A stretch of 63,610 nt of DNA from a virus (IMGVR_UViG_3300009155_000004:1-63610); one strand, 5' to 3'; counted from the first letter of the stretch, positions 44,902-55,997 are shown. Notes: a model not told the origin generated them from the letters alone. Numbers and translations are program-made.

Positions 44902-47900
44902 GTAGTCTGGCAAAGGGGTATTAGTAGATTTATAATATTCTTTTATTTTATACTTATCTTCACTCAATGCTCTTTTCTTAGCAATTCTCTCGGCTTGACT
45001 TACTACTGTTGATGCCTCTGAAGGTAGTAATCCAAAATCTGCAACCAATTGAACTATAGTTAACCAAGCAAGAATTTCTCTATCGTTATCTCTTAAGTAC
45101 TTTGTTGTAACTTTTCCTTGTTGATATTCTTTTTCAAATTTTCCAGAATATGCAGTATTCATTAATTCAATGAGATCAAGAGTTCTTGTTATTGTAATTC
45201 CGGCAGCACCCCAGTTTTCAAACAATTTAGCTTCTCTGTCTTCAGAAAGTTTAAACTCTGTTCCATCTTTTTCATAGCTTTCTCCGCTATATATCTTGTC
45301 ATACTGATCAAGAGCTTTATTTATAGCAGCAACAATAGCTGCATCCGTTAATGGCGCTGGAGATAAAAAGTCTTTAGCAATATTGGTTGCAATTTGTTCG
45401 TTTCTTCTTTTTCTTCTTTTTTCTTTTTCTTCTTCACTTTCCTCTACGCCCATCATGCTTAAAACGCCATTATAAATAATATCTATCAAATATCCACTTA
45501 CAATAGAAAATGTTGCCATTTCTGGAGAGAGAGCACCTAAAGATTTTGCCGCAAGTAGTTTATCTTTTTTTGTAGACACCTTAGATGTCAACGATATAAT
45601 GTCAGAATACATTCTTGTTTTTTGATTTAAAGTAAAGCCCATGAAGGCAAACAATGATTTCTTAATTGCTTGGCTTTTTGGATCTTTAGATGTCATCAAG
45701 TTACCCAATAATGCAGCATCAGATGGGTTTTGTTGCCTATCAACCATGTCTTGAGCATACTGAGCAGCTGATTTATCTACCTTATGTGTTGCCCAATCTA
45801 TATTAGATGTGTCTATTCCTTTTTTCTTAAGTTCTTTTTTATAATAAGCCATAAAAGAAGCTCTTGCAACAAATGTATCTGTATTTTTCAAGAACGTATT
45901 AAGATAATATCTGTTAGCTTTTTTAATTAATTCAATAACTTTTCCTCCTTTAGATCTAGCAGCCTCTTCTATATATTTATTTGCTGTTTTTATTGCTATT
46001 ACAGATTCTAAACTTCTGTTTGCTATTGGAAAACCACAATTATCAATCCAATCATTTACTGCGGCATCAAAAGCAGCTTTTAATCCAAGATACCCCCCAG
46101 AGTTTATAAATGTATTTACCATAACTCCTGCACTCTGTTTTGGTATTTGAGAAATACCACCAAGAACCATTGCCGCACCAGTTGTTCCTATTTCATCTAG
46201 TACTTTATTTAATTCATCTAATCTTGATTTAGGAACAAAGTTCATTCCTTTGATTTCTGCGATATATCCATTTATTCTTGCTTTTATTAAGTTAACATCT
46301 TCAGATCTACCTAATTTAGAGAAAAGTTTTGAATTAAGAAATCCATCAATTCTTCTAATTGGAGCTGCTGTTTCAATATCAATCAATGCAGCCTCGTATG
46401 CGTTTAAATTATTTGTGTCAAAATTAAAATTAATAACTCTATTCTCTCCAAGTCTTGATGGTTTTTTAGCTTCTATTAACACACCTGCTTTTTTCTTTAC
46501 AGTATAGTCCTTAGTTGACATCATGAAAGCAGATTTTTTTTCTTCTCCTATTTCTTTTTCATTATTTATTTTAGAGTGAACATCTGGGGTATAGTTTTTA
46601 TCTTTTCCAAGAGTAGAGTTGTAAATGCTAAGAGATATGTTTTCAAGGCGATCATAAATATCAGACCAAGTATCAATCCACCAATTAACAGCTTCTCTAT
46701 TTTCTTTGCCAGCAGCATCAAAAACTTCTTGAATTGTATTTGCATTCTTTCCAATTCTTTCATATACTTCTTTTATTATTTCGGCTTGAGCTTTTTGCTG
46801 CTCATCGCCTTCCATCATTTTTTCAATGCTTTGTTCTATTAAACCTTTTCTTCTTGCTAACTCATCTTCAGATTCGTTTGTTCTAACTAAAAAAGCAAGT
46901 ACTTCTCTTTCAATACTATTTTCAAGTGTAAAGAAATCTTTTACATCTTTAAATTTTTCATAGTATTCTTCTGCTTTTTGTGAAGCTTTTTTTCTTGCTT
47001 TAGCATTGCCATTAACTATGTCATTAAATCCGCTTAATCCCCTAAATAATGATGAACGATCTTGACCACTTAATGCTGTTTCAAGCAATATATTTAAAGT
47101 AGTAATTTCTTCTGCAATAACGCCACCTATTCTTTTTGAGAAAAATAATTTTAAGTCTCTGAATTTAGCTCCTGTGCTTTGAAATTTCTTTAGGTTTTCT
47201 GATCCGGCATAAGACTCAACAAGCGCACCCATTCCATCTGTTATGCCATTTGTAATAAAATTAGATAAATAATCTAAAGCTAATTTAGCGTTTTGTATAG
47301 ACATATTTTCTATGTCCATATTTAAGAATTGTTTAAGAACTACTTTTTGATCATCACTTAAATCAACAGGCAAACCAGTGACAGGATCAACTCCACTTTC
47401 TAATATTTCTTTTCCTATAGCAGACAAAGAGTTAAACATCTTAACAAGGTATTGCCTTACATCTTCACCCTTGTCAATTGCATCTTGGGTAGCATTATCT
47501 TCAATACCGTCAATTACTTCAAGAATATCGTCTATGCTCATAGAGTCATCTAATATGCCGGCATCTACTAATCCTTGGTACTCAAGAAGAAGGTCATTCT
47601 TAATTTTGTCCGCTTGTTCTTTTGCAGTATCCTCTATGTATTTATTAACGACCTTAATATCAGCCGGTTGCGTGCGCATAACCGCTTGCAATATTTGATT
47701 AGAAATAGACAAGTATTGATCAATATCAGATAAATATTTAGGATTTAATGTCAAGAAATTCTTAGCCATTAAACTAACAGTTGCCTGAACATTTTTTCCT
47801 TTATAAAGTCTTTTTATCTTTTTGATATTATCATTTGCTATTCTAATCTTGTCAGCATATTCAGCATCATTGAATACTTTTGTCATGTAATCAACAAACC

Positions 47901-50900
47901 TATTAACAATAATAGGGTTCTCAAGATTTATCTTTCCAAGTCTATTTATAATAGTTTTAGACTGCTTTGCTGTAATTTTTCCTCCTTTTTCAAGGGCAGC
48001 TATTTCGGCTGATAAGTTTTTTCTTAGCTCATTAATATACTTAACAGCATCTTTTGCAGCTTTTACCTGTAACTTAATTTGTTCTTTTAAAGCAACTGCT
48101 TCATTTATAGTTACCTTAGTAATGTCTTTTATTTTGCCAAGGATCTTATTTACAGATGGTGCTTTCTTAAGCTTTTCTCCTCTGATTTTGTTGAATTCAC
48201 GTATGATTTGCTCACGCTGAGTATCGTCTGCATTTATGTATGCTAATGACTTTTGAATATAGCTAATAGCGTTGGCGGTTGCCTTGTTGTAAGATCCATT
48301 TCTGGCATTCATAGTTTTATCCATAATCCCCTCAACATTATTCATCATTCTGTCGTATCCAGGAATAACCTTAACATCTACCCTTTGTGCACGAGTAGTG
48401 ACAACTGGCTTAGCCTTCTCAATCATGATGGCATTAGATCTATTAATGTCAAAAACACCACTTACTGCACCTCCGTACTGGTTTGTTCCCTCGTATCTTA
48501 CAATGTCCCCGTTAACGTCTGTTACCTTTGCATAGTTCCCATAAACAAATACTTCATCGCCAACCTCAAACACATCGTCCTCTATTTTTTTAAATCCAGT
48601 GTACTCAGCTTCAGGTTTTAATCTTTTTGTTGTCTGTGCTCGATAACTCTTAGGTCCTTTCCAGTTGGTAACAAGCATATCGTATCCGTTCTCTCCGGCA
48701 ACTTTAGCCACCCAAGCTGCTGCGTTGTCCGCGTCAAATGCATATTTTGTTGGATTTTTTTTATTTCCACGGTTTTTGTACTCTTGGAATCTTCTTCTTG
48801 CCTCTTCCTTGAATCCTTGTGGATCGTGAAACACGGTTCCCTTATTTGTGGTTCCGTAGAAATATACTTTATCTTTTGGAACTAAGACTGTATGCGCAAC
48901 ATCTCCAACACCGCCCTCTTTCTGGCCAGCCTTTGTGTAGTACATAGCAACGCCACCAACAGATGATATGGCAGATACCTCTTCTCTGCTTGTAAAGTTT
49001 TTATTAGATCCTGACATCGGCCTAATAACATCTCTTTTCTCGTCAGAGTAATGCACGAACAAGTAATTGCCCTTACCATCGTCTGTCAGAACTTCGTCAA
49101 CCACTTGTGGTACGTTCTTCTGTGAGCGTGACTTTGTTACGCCTTCTTTGGTCTTGGCCTTTTTGCCTTCTCTAAAGAAGCTTGACACGTCCTCACCTTT
49201 AGCAACCTTCTCAGATATGGTAATCATGAATCCAAGGATATCCTCTGGAGTCGCCTGATCTAAAAACTGTTTCTTGCCAGTAAATAGCTCAGCAAATTTA
49301 TTTATGATGTCACCTATCTTCTGTAATAATGTCTTTTGTTGTGCTGTCAATGGTCCCTTCCCGAAACCAGACTCTACTAACATACCACCAAGCTCAGCCA
49401 TGTACTCAGAGTACTTGACATTCTCGTATCCTTTTTGGCTGGCAAATGCATTCAATGCATCTGCGATATCATCAAATCCTTGAGCTCTTAGTTGAGCATC
49501 AATTCCTTCTGTAAATTCTTTGAACTTAGCTTGGTCATTTCCGAAAGCATCGTTCAACATTACTTCCCATGCCTCATGCCCTGCGGTACGGCTATCTGCG
49601 GTAGTCTTATCAAATACCACAGCGAACGGCTTGCCGTCAACAAAGATCGTTTGACCTTTGGTTCCGGTAGCAAATTCCTCAGCTGTCTGTCTCGCCTGTC
49701 TCTCGCCAATTAATGGTGTAAGGGCTTCTATAATTTGATTCTGTACATCTTCAATATTCTCTCCCACTATTACTTTCAATTCTGGAGCCACTACATTAAG
49801 TGCTTCAGCAGATTTATTTAAAGCTTGATCGAAGTTTGAAGCAACCTCTGTGATCTGAGAAAACTCTTCTGGCATAAGGGCCATCTTCTGAGGGGCAAAA
49901 TCCCTTTCTTTTGGAGACAAGTAACCTTCGTCACCTTTCTTTTTTAATGAACCATCAGCGTTTCTCATCTGTGGTCCAAAGTTTACCCAAGAATTTTGAC
50001 CTCTGGTCTCAGTGGTCATCGCTCTTCTGGCCTTTGGGGTGTACATTCTTGCGTGCACGTCCCAAGCATTCTCTTCTCCAACTGCACCAAATCCGTTACC
50101 TCTCTCTGTGTGGCCAAAGAAATCGTGAACAAATCTAAACAAGTCATTATAAAGAAGAGTCTTTCCGGTCTTGTCCTTGAAGCCAGAATCTTGAAGCAAT
50201 TTATTTTGTTTTCTTTGCTCATCTGTGATCGGGGTGTTTCCAAATCCTTGCTCAGTAGAGTAGATGTACATATGCTTGTTATTCTTCACATCGTCAATCA
50301 TCTCCTGTGCGTTAGCATATGGCTCACCTTCTCCTTGCCAGATCTCTACCTCGTATCCAGCGTCTATGATGTCCTGATGCTGCTTTGCAGTCTCATCGGC
50401 CATCGCGTTGTAAGCGTCTTGTACCTCTGGATCGTCTGGAGTGTCTTCTAGGGCCTCGTATGCGTCTGCAATTTTTGATGCGTTATCTATATCTACTGAT
50501 TCTATCTTAACACCCTCTGGCTCAACAATGCCATTTTTTTCTTTGTAAGACTTAGATATCTCTACAGTCTCTGGGTTTGGCTCATTGAATAAACGCTTTC
50601 CAGCAGGTGCTACTTTCCCTTTACTTTCTTCGGTAACGACTTGAGGTTTTGCTTCGGGTTTTCCTTGCTCCACTTCTTGGCCAACTCCGGTTTTTGGCTG
50701 TACAGGTACTTGACCTGAGCCTTGCTTTTGAATGGCATTTGCTTTATTTATTAATTCTTTACGTTTAGTTACTAATTCATTGTATCTCTCATTTAGTGGC
50801 TCCATTACTGCTTTCTTGGCAGCATCAGACATTTCTTTATTGTTCTTTATTGTAATGTACTGATCTTTTATCTGTTGTAATTCTTGATAATTGTCAGCAC

Positions 50901-53253
50901 CTTCTCTTATTTCTTCTGGAGTTAAGTTATTTATTACATCAACTCCGCCATAAATAATTGCTTCGTTTTTCTTTTTTAACTTCTCAATAGAATTGCTAAT
51001 AATTTCCTTTGTCTTTTCATCTTGAATTTCTGGCAAGGTATTGGACAACTCATTTATTTTCTTTGTATTTTTTCTTAACTCACCGCTTTCATCGCTTACA
51101 AATGGAGCAACAATCTTGGCACCTATAATTGGAGATGCAGTAATTACTCCCCCCATAATAGCTCCTGTAAGGTAAGCATCTTTTAATCCATCAAATACAT
51201 TTACATTTTTGTTATTTAGAACATATCTATCTACAAGATTACCACCTACTTGTGCAACAACTTCAGATATACCTTCTTGGTTTGCGCTCAAACCAGCTTC
51301 GGCTACATTTTCAATTGTTCTTTTAGCTGCATTCTTTAATCCTCCTTTTAGCTCTGCCCTCATAGCATCAAGCTCAAGCTTGGTTGCGCCATTAGCAGCA
51401 GCAGACATTACCCTATATGATGGTAATGCATTTTTAAGCATATTGCTTTCAATCTTTTCAGATACATATTCAAATGCACCTGTTGCAATTGATGCAATAA
51501 TTTTTTGAGACTCTGTAAAGTTTTCTTTATCTTTTATTTCATTGTATTTTGTTCCGGCAGCAGACGAAGCTAACAATCCCAATCCCCAAGCAGATCCACC
51601 TGTTGATGCGTTGATGAATAATTGAGGCAACTGTTCAGCCATAATTCCTCCAGAGACATTAAAGAAATCTCCAACTGAATTAATATCGTCAATTGATTTT
51701 CTTCTTTCAACAGCACCTTCAATTTTGGATGCCATCTCGTCCAAGAACTTTATCTTATCTGTATTTGCATAATCAACAGAAACACCAGGAGCATACTTGC
51801 CAACCATTTGAGCAGCACCCATTAATCCTGTTGTCAACCTAACACCTGATGCGCCAACTTTTGCAGACAAGTTTAATAATGTGTTGTAATTTCTTTTAAA
51901 TAAATCAAGTTCGTTTTGAAAGTCACCTAAGTTATTTACATCATTATCAATATTTTTATAGTTATCAAGCAAATCTGTATTGACAGCCATTGCCTTGTCA
52001 TATGTCTCTTTGTATGCTTGAGCTTGTTCTGGTGTAAGATTGTTTAAGTCTTTTCCATATGAAGACAATTCATTTGTAAGAGATTGAAGTTCAAGTGCTT
52101 TAGATTTGAAACTTGCTTCTTGTGCCTTTGTTTTGTTAACTACAGATGATAATGTTGCCCGAATTTGTTCAGCTTGATTTTCATCTTCTGGCATATAAGG
52201 CTGGCCAGTATTTAGGGCCCACCATTTTGCATATCCTTCAGTAATTCCTCTTTGATTGTCGCCTACAAAATCTTCAATAAGGCTGTCAGTTGCTTTCCCT
52301 TCTAACTCTTTTCTTCTAATATCCTTAGCCATTTGAAGTATTTCTTCTTCATTTGCCTTGCCATTAGGGTTTTGCTTTGCGTACATTGCTGTTGCTTTGA
52401 TAAGAGCCTTATCCCTTCCTGTCTCTGCCATAGGCAAAAGATTTGCAACATTTGCATTTTTCAAAAATGAATTGTATAGACCTGCAATTTTATCAGTAAA
52501 TGTACCTTCTCCAAATTCCTTATTTAATTGGTCTTCTGCTTCTGCAAGCTTCTTCTTACCCTCTTCTGAAAATCCAAGTTGAATATTGTCTTTTACAAAT
52601 AAGTTTTTAATATCTTCATCATCAAGTTGGATGTCGCTCTGTAATGACTTATCAAGAGCGTCAAGCTTATCTATTCTTTCCTGCGTAGGAATAGGTGCTT
52701 TTGGCTTTAAGTCTAATCTAACAGGCTCTATTGGCTTTTGCGTTGCAGCACCAGTAGGCTGTAATGATACAGTAGGAATATTCTTTTGTATAATCTTATT
52801 GGCAGTCTGTAGATCCTCGTTCAATAATGGATCGCTGGCAATATTTTTATTGCTTGCTCTTAATTGTTCAAGTTGTTTTGATGCATTCTTTATAGTTAAT
52901 GCGTCATTCTTTTGAGCAGCATCTTGAATTGTACGAGTTAACTCTTGGTGTCTTTGCCAGTCGCTTGACTCAATTTTTTTATTATACGCTGACGGATTCT
53001 TTGGAGATGCCGACAAACCAATTGGCTGACCCGAAGACGAAACAGATGCCCCAACGTCTTTTTTTTTTACCTCAGAGAAATACTTACTTTTAAAAGTATT
53101 TATGTCGTTTGTATATAATTCTTGCTCACTGAGTTTTTTATACAATTCATTTTGACCTTCTTCAGATCCATATTTAGCAACAAAATCATTGTAGCTATTT
53201 GTATATAATTGTTCGCTATATAGCTTGTCGTATAATTCTTTTGATCCTGGCAT
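44893..53253 (-). CDS. Giant internal virion/ejection protein (polyvalent multidomain protein)
   Basis: 2786 aa, last of three ejection-type genes; contains an FVHDFFGH...GEENAW...TETRGQNSWVNFGP domain, a degenerate HEAWE metallopeptidase-like motif and an HYS..YYT ART-like segment. Confidence 0.75.
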   Translation of the reverse strand: MPGSKELYDKLYSEQLYTNSYNDFVAKYGSEEGQNELYKKLSEQELYTNDINTFKSKYFSEVKKKDVGASVSSSGQPIGLSASPKNPSAYNKKIESSDWQRHQELTRTIQDAAQKNDALTIKNASKQLEQLRASNKNIASDPLLNEDLQTANKIIQKNIPTVSLQPTGAATQKPIEPVRLDLKPKAPIPTQERIDKLDALDKSLQSDIQLDDEDIKNLFVKDNIQLGFSEEGKKKLAEAEDQLNKEFGEGTFTDKIAGLYNSFLKNANVANLLPMAETGRDKALIKATAMYAKQNPNGKANEEEILQMAKDIRRKELEGKATDSLIEDFVGDNQRGITEGYAKWWALNTGQPYMPEDENQAEQIRATLSSVVNKTKAQEASFKSKALELQSLTNELSSYGKDLNNLTPEQAQAYKETYDKAMAVNTDLLDNYKNIDNDVNNLGDFQNELDLFKRNYNTLLNLSAKVGASGVRLTTGLMGAAQMVGKYAPGVSVDYANTDKIKFLDEMASKIEGAVERRKSIDDINSVGDFFNVSGGIMAEQLPQLFINASTGGSAWGLGLLASSAAGTKYNEIKDKENFTESQKIIASIATGAFEYVSEKIESNMLKNALPSYRVMSAAANGATKLELDAMRAELKGGLKNAAKRTIENVAEAGLSANQEGISEVVAQVGGNLVDRYVLNNKNVNVFDGLKDAYLTGAIMGGVITASPIIGAKIVAPFVSDESGELRKNTKKINELSNTLPEIQDEKTKEIISNSIEKLKKKNEAIIYGGVDVINNLTPEEIREGADNYQELQQIKDQYITIKNNKEMSDAAKKAVMEPLNERYNELVTKRKELINKANAIQKQGSGQVPVQPKTGVGQEVEQGKPEAKPQVVTEESKGKVAPAGKRLFNEPNPETVEISKSYKEKNGIVEPEGVKIESVDIDNASKIADAYEALEDTPDDPEVQDAYNAMADETAKQHQDIIDAGYEVEIWQGEGEPYANAQEMIDDVKNNKHMYIYSTEQGFGNTPITDEQRKQNKLLQDSGFKDKTGKTLLYNDLFRFVHDFFGHTERGNGFGAVGEENAWDVHARMYTPKARRAMTTETRGQNSWVNFGPQMRNADGSLKKKGDEGYLSPKERDFAPQKMALMPEEFSQITEVASNFDQALNKSAEALNVVAPELKVIVGENIEDVQNQIIEALTPLIGERQARQTAEEFATGTKGQTIFVDGKPFAVVFDKTTADSRTAGHEAWEVMLNDAFGNDQAKFKEFTEGIDAQLRAQGFDDIADALNAFASQKGYENVKYSEYMAELGGMLVESGFGKGPLTAQQKTLLQKIGDIINKFAELFTGKKQFLDQATPEDILGFMITISEKVAKGEDVSSFFREGKKAKTKEGVTKSRSQKNVPQVVDEVLTDDGKGNYLFVHYSDEKRDVIRPMSGSNKNFTSREEVSAISSVGGVAMYYTKAGQKEGGVGDVAHTVLVPKDKVYFYGTTNKGTVFHDPQGFKEEARRRFQEYKNRGNKKNPTKYAFDADNAAAWVAKVAGENGYDMLVTNWKGPKSYRAQTTKRLKPEAEYTGFKKIEDDVFEVGDEVFVYGNYAKVTDVNGDIVRYEGTNQYGGAVSGVFDINRSNAIMIEKAKPVVTTRAQRVDVKVIPGYDRMMNNVEGIMDKTMNARNGSYNKATANAISYIQKSLAYINADDTQREQIIREFNKIRGEKLKKAPSVNKILGKIKDITKVTINEAVALKEQIKLQVKAAKDAVKYINELRKNLSAEIAALEKGGKITAKQSKTIINRLGKINLENPIIVNRFVDYMTKVFNDAEYADKIRIANDNIKKIKRLYKGKNVQATVSLMAKNFLTLNPKYLSDIDQYLSISNQILQAVMRTQPADIKVVNKYIEDTAKEQADKIKNDLLLEYQGLVDAGILDDSMSIDDILEVIDGIEDNATQDAIDKGEDVRQYLVKMFNSLSAIGKEILESGVDPVTGLPVDLSDDQKVVLKQFLNMDIENMSIQNAKLALDYLSNFITNGITDGMGALVESYAGSENLKKFQSTGAKFRDLKLFFSKRIGGVIAEEITTLNILLETALSGQDRSSLFRGLSGFNDIVNGNAKARKKASQKAEEYYEKFKDVKDFFTLENSIEREVLAFLVRTNESEDELARRKGLIEQSIEKMMEGDEQQKAQAEIIKEVYERIGKNANTIQEVFDAAGKENREAVNWWIDTWSDIYDRLENISLSIYNSTLGKDKNYTPDVHSKINNEKEIGEEKKSAFMMSTKDYTVKKKAGVLIEAKKPSRLGENRVINFNFDTNNLNAYEAALIDIETAAPIRRIDGFLNSKLFSKLGRSEDVNLIKARINGYIAEIKGMNFVPKSRLDELNKVLDEIGTTGAAMVLGGISQIPKQSAGVMVNTFINSGGYLGLKAAFDAAVNDWIDNCGFPIANRSLESVIAIKTANKYIEEAARSKGGKVIELIKKANRYYLNTFLKNTDTFVARASFMAYYKKELKKKGIDTSNIDWATHKVDKSAAQYAQDMVDRQQNPSDAALLGNLMTSKDPKSQAIKKSLFAFMGFTLNQKTRMYSDIISLTSKVSTKKDKLLAAKSLGALSPEMATFSIVSGYLIDIIYNGVLSMMGVEESEEEKEKRRKRRNEQIATNIAKDFLSPAPLTDAAIVAAINKALDQYDKIYSGESYEKDGTEFKLSEDREAKLFENWGAAGITITRTLDLIELMNTAYSGKFEKEYQQGKVTTKYLRDNDREILAWLTIVQLVADFGLLPSEASTVVSQAERIAKKRALSEDKYKIKEYYKSTNTPLPDYLK
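50610..50738 (-). CDS. Nested out-of-frame small basic protein (42 aa)
   Basis: MPFKSKAQVKYLYSQKPELAKKWSKENPKQNLKSLPKKVKGK with an A-rich leader AATAAATAAAGCAA. Confidence 0.65.
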   Translation of the reverse strand: MPFKSKAQVKYLYSQKPELAKKWSKENPKQNLKSLPKKVKGK

Positions 53254-53254
53254 T

Positions 53255-54775
53255 TTAATTTAATATTCCTTTTTTACTTGAAGACACTGGTATTGGTTGT
53301 GATGATCCTGAATATTTTTCAATATCTGGGAACGCAAATTTAGTTCCGTATTTTTGATTTATCAAAGAATTCATAACATTTTTATATTCACGCTCATCAT
53401 TTCCAATTTCTATATCATACTCTTCGTCTTTAATACGCGCTTTTGTATTTGGATCATATGTAGGCTTGGCTACCCTTATTAATCTTTTGCCTTTATTGTT
53501 AAATCCTGTTCCTATTCTTAATCCAATAACCCTTCCTTCTTCTTTAGGAAATGCTACGCTAACATCTGCATTTTTTATAAGTCCAACATATTTAGAGCTA
53601 GCTTTATTCTTATATATGTCGTTTAATTGTTTAAGTCTTTCAGACATATCTAAAGCTTCTTCTCCCCCCTTTGCAATATCTTTTTGTTCAGTATATGTCA
53701 TTTGCTGCGGCTTCTCAGGCTTCTCTACTTTGTAGTCAATCTGAGATTCAATTACATCGTCTACAATTGATTTAGCCTTCTTCATCTGCTCTTCACTTAA
53801 CTTCGGTGTAAAGATACCATTCTCATCTCTTACAAGCAAAATTGTTTTGTCACGTTGAGAAGATAAAGTATTAATTTCTTTTTGTATTGCCTTCTTGTCT
53901 GCCTCAGATTTCACAGATTCCCTTTGTGCAGAAAGCTTGTCAATCTGGCTATTAATTGCCTGAATTTCTTTAGCATTGTTTGTGAAAGAATATTTCTCGT
54001 CAGTATTGTCAGCCAATACACTTGCAGCCTTTCTTGGGTTGTTTGTGATGGCATCAATAATCTCTGGCTTAGTTTTGCTATTAAACTTACCTCTAATTGC
54101 CTGAGAGATAACGTATTTCCCATTAACCATTCTTGCCTCTGACCCTAATTTTTCAACATATGAATTTACTTCTTTAGAAACATTAAGCTTGTCTACGTTC
54201 TGATTCAATCCGGCATTTATAGTTTGAACGTCATATAAATCAGCGTCACCTATAGCCTTTCCAGTTACTGGATCAACTTTAGCAATGTACATTCTGCCAT
54301 CCTTAGGATTCATAAATGTAGTCTTACCTTTTAAGTTAAGTAAGTCAGCTGTCATTTGTCTTTGATATAATTCTTGACCGGCAGCTTTGCCTTCTTCAAC
54401 TCTCTTCAATCCTTCCTCATAGTTTGCATCATACTGCTTAGTTAGGTCTGCAAGTCTTGACCATCCATCTTTACTAGTTGATACAATTCTTGAGTATTCG
54501 CTTGGAGTGATCACTCCTCTTTTAAGCAATTGGTTTTGTTCATACAAGAAATTTCTTACATTGTTTGCGCCATCCATTACAAACTGATTGAATGTAGGAG
54601 ACTTAGATCCTTGATACTTATCTACAATAGATACTACGTCAGAGTATTGCTTATCTAACTCAACTCGTTTCGCTTCTCTACCTTCTTCTACTTTGTCAAG
54701 TTTCTCTAATATGTTCTGTGTTATGCCGCCCCAATCAATTGGGTTGGTGGCTTGGTATTGTGAATATTCTGGCAT
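53255..54775 (-). CDS. Internal virion/ejection protein
   Basis: 506 aa, helical; second in the ejection trio. Confidence 0.6.
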   Translation of the reverse strand: MPEYSQYQATNPIDWGGITQNILEKLDKVEEGREAKRVELDKQYSDVVSIVDKYQGSKSPTFNQFVMDGANNVRNFLYEQNQLLKRGVITPSEYSRIVSTSKDGWSRLADLTKQYDANYEEGLKRVEEGKAAGQELYQRQMTADLLNLKGKTTFMNPKDGRMYIAKVDPVTGKAIGDADLYDVQTINAGLNQNVDKLNVSKEVNSYVEKLGSEARMVNGKYVISQAIRGKFNSKTKPEIIDAITNNPRKAASVLADNTDEKYSFTNNAKEIQAINSQIDKLSAQRESVKSEADKKAIQKEINTLSSQRDKTILLVRDENGIFTPKLSEEQMKKAKSIVDDVIESQIDYKVEKPEKPQQMTYTEQKDIAKGGEEALDMSERLKQLNDIYKNKASSKYVGLIKNADVSVAFPKEEGRVIGLRIGTGFNNKGKRLIRVAKPTYDPNTKARIKDEEYDIEIGNDEREYKNVMNSLINQKYGTKFAFPDIEKYSGSSQPIPVSSSKKGILN

Positions 54776-54777
54776 AA

Positions 54778-55563
54778 TTATCTTTTAGTAACTAAATAAT
54801 CTGGTACATAAAAAGGTTGAAATGGGCTAGATGATTGACCAATGTTTGGGATCATCTGAAAGTTAGCCAAAGGATTATTTTGTGAATTCTCCCAATACTT
54901 TGATTGAATTTTTGGTTGAGGCAAATCAACTGATGGATATTGATTTAAAAGTTTTTCAGGATTTGATACTGGTTGTGGTGCACCTAATTTATTTGGAACT
55001 TCTTCTTTTTCTGTCTTATACAATGGTCTAGTCTTATCATATTGAACAGCTAATGCGCCAAGCGTTCCAGCAGCACCAGTAAGACCAGCGTTAACATTTG
55101 CTTGGCCTTGTGCTCTTGCCATTTGTGCTCCCTGTAATTGAGATGTTAAGAAGTCATTTTGTTGTGCAATCTTACGAGCTTGCATCGCTTGCTCTTGTTG
55201 TGCAACAAATGTATCTCTCTCGTATTTAGCCTGATCAAGTTGAGCAGCTAATTGTAAGTCTTGATTTGTGCCTTGTTGTCCAACACCTGGCAAGCCACCT
55301 AATACAGCAGCAGCGCCAGCACCTTGTAATGCTTGCACCTGATTTGCTGTTCTTTGTGCGCCAGATTGTTGCGCTAACTGATAACCAAGCTGTGGCACTT
55401 GCACGCCAGCAACTCTGTTTTGCTCAGCCAACATTTTTTGTTGTGCTCCAATGTCAGCAGCTGATTTAGCAGCAGCTTTCTCTTGTTGTACTCCTTCGTA
55501 TGTTTGATATGCGTTAAGAGCTAATCCAGCCCCTGCAACCAATGTAGATGTTAATGCAGCCAT
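54778..55563 (-). CDS. Internal virion/ejection protein (T7 gp14-like position)
   Basis: Ala/Gln/Gly-rich with hydrophobic GxxG segments. Confidence 0.65.
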   Translation of the reverse strand: MAALTSTLVAGAGLALNAYQTYEGVQQEKAAAKSAADIGAQQKMLAEQNRVAGVQVPQLGYQLAQQSGAQRTANQVQALQGAGAAAVLGGLPGVGQQGTNQDLQLAAQLDQAKYERDTFVAQQEQAMQARKIAQQNDFLTSQLQGAQMARAQGQANVNAGLTGAAGTLGALAVQYDKTRPLYKTEKEEVPNKLGAPQPVSNPEKLLNQYPSVDLPQPKIQSKYWENSQNNPLANFQMIPNIGQSSSPFQPFYVPDYLVTKR

Positions 55564-55566
55564 GTC

Positions 55567-55977
55567 TTATTGTTTTATAAATATTAATTCTGTGCATCCT
55601 GTAGAACCCTCCAAGAAGCCAAACTCTTTCATGCTATTTATCAATGATGGGTTCTTCATTGACGAGTAAATATATGTTTTGCCAGATAAGACTGCCATTG
55701 CTTTTGCAACCTCAATCATATAAGACAACGCATTTTTCCTCAATACTTTATCTTTTACTTCAAAGTTGCTAACGATAAATTCTAACCAGCAAATCTTTGA
55801 GTTTGTCATGTACAAAAAGCAGGCACAGATATCTACGCCATCTTTTGAAACCATAACTCCTTCTAAATTAAAAGGTAAGAAATCCTTAGCAGGGGCATCC
55901 CATCTCCAATCTTTCCACCATTTCTTTAAAATGTTCTCGTAATCAGATTCTGAAATGACTCTTGTTTCAAACTTCAT
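55567..55977 (-). CDS. GNAT-fold protein (T7 gp13-like position)
   Basis: Beta-rich core; helix ending EFGF; precedes the ejection genes; promoter motif at 55985-55992. Confidence 0.55.
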   Translation of the reverse strand: MKFETRVISESDYENILKKWWKDWRWDAPAKDFLPFNLEGVMVSKDGVDICACFLYMTNSKICWLEFIVSNFEVKDKVLRKNALSYMIEVAKAMAVLSGKTYIYSSMKNPSLINSMKEFGFLEGSTGCTELIFIKQ

Positions 55978-55997
55978 ATTAATGCAAAGATACTAAA

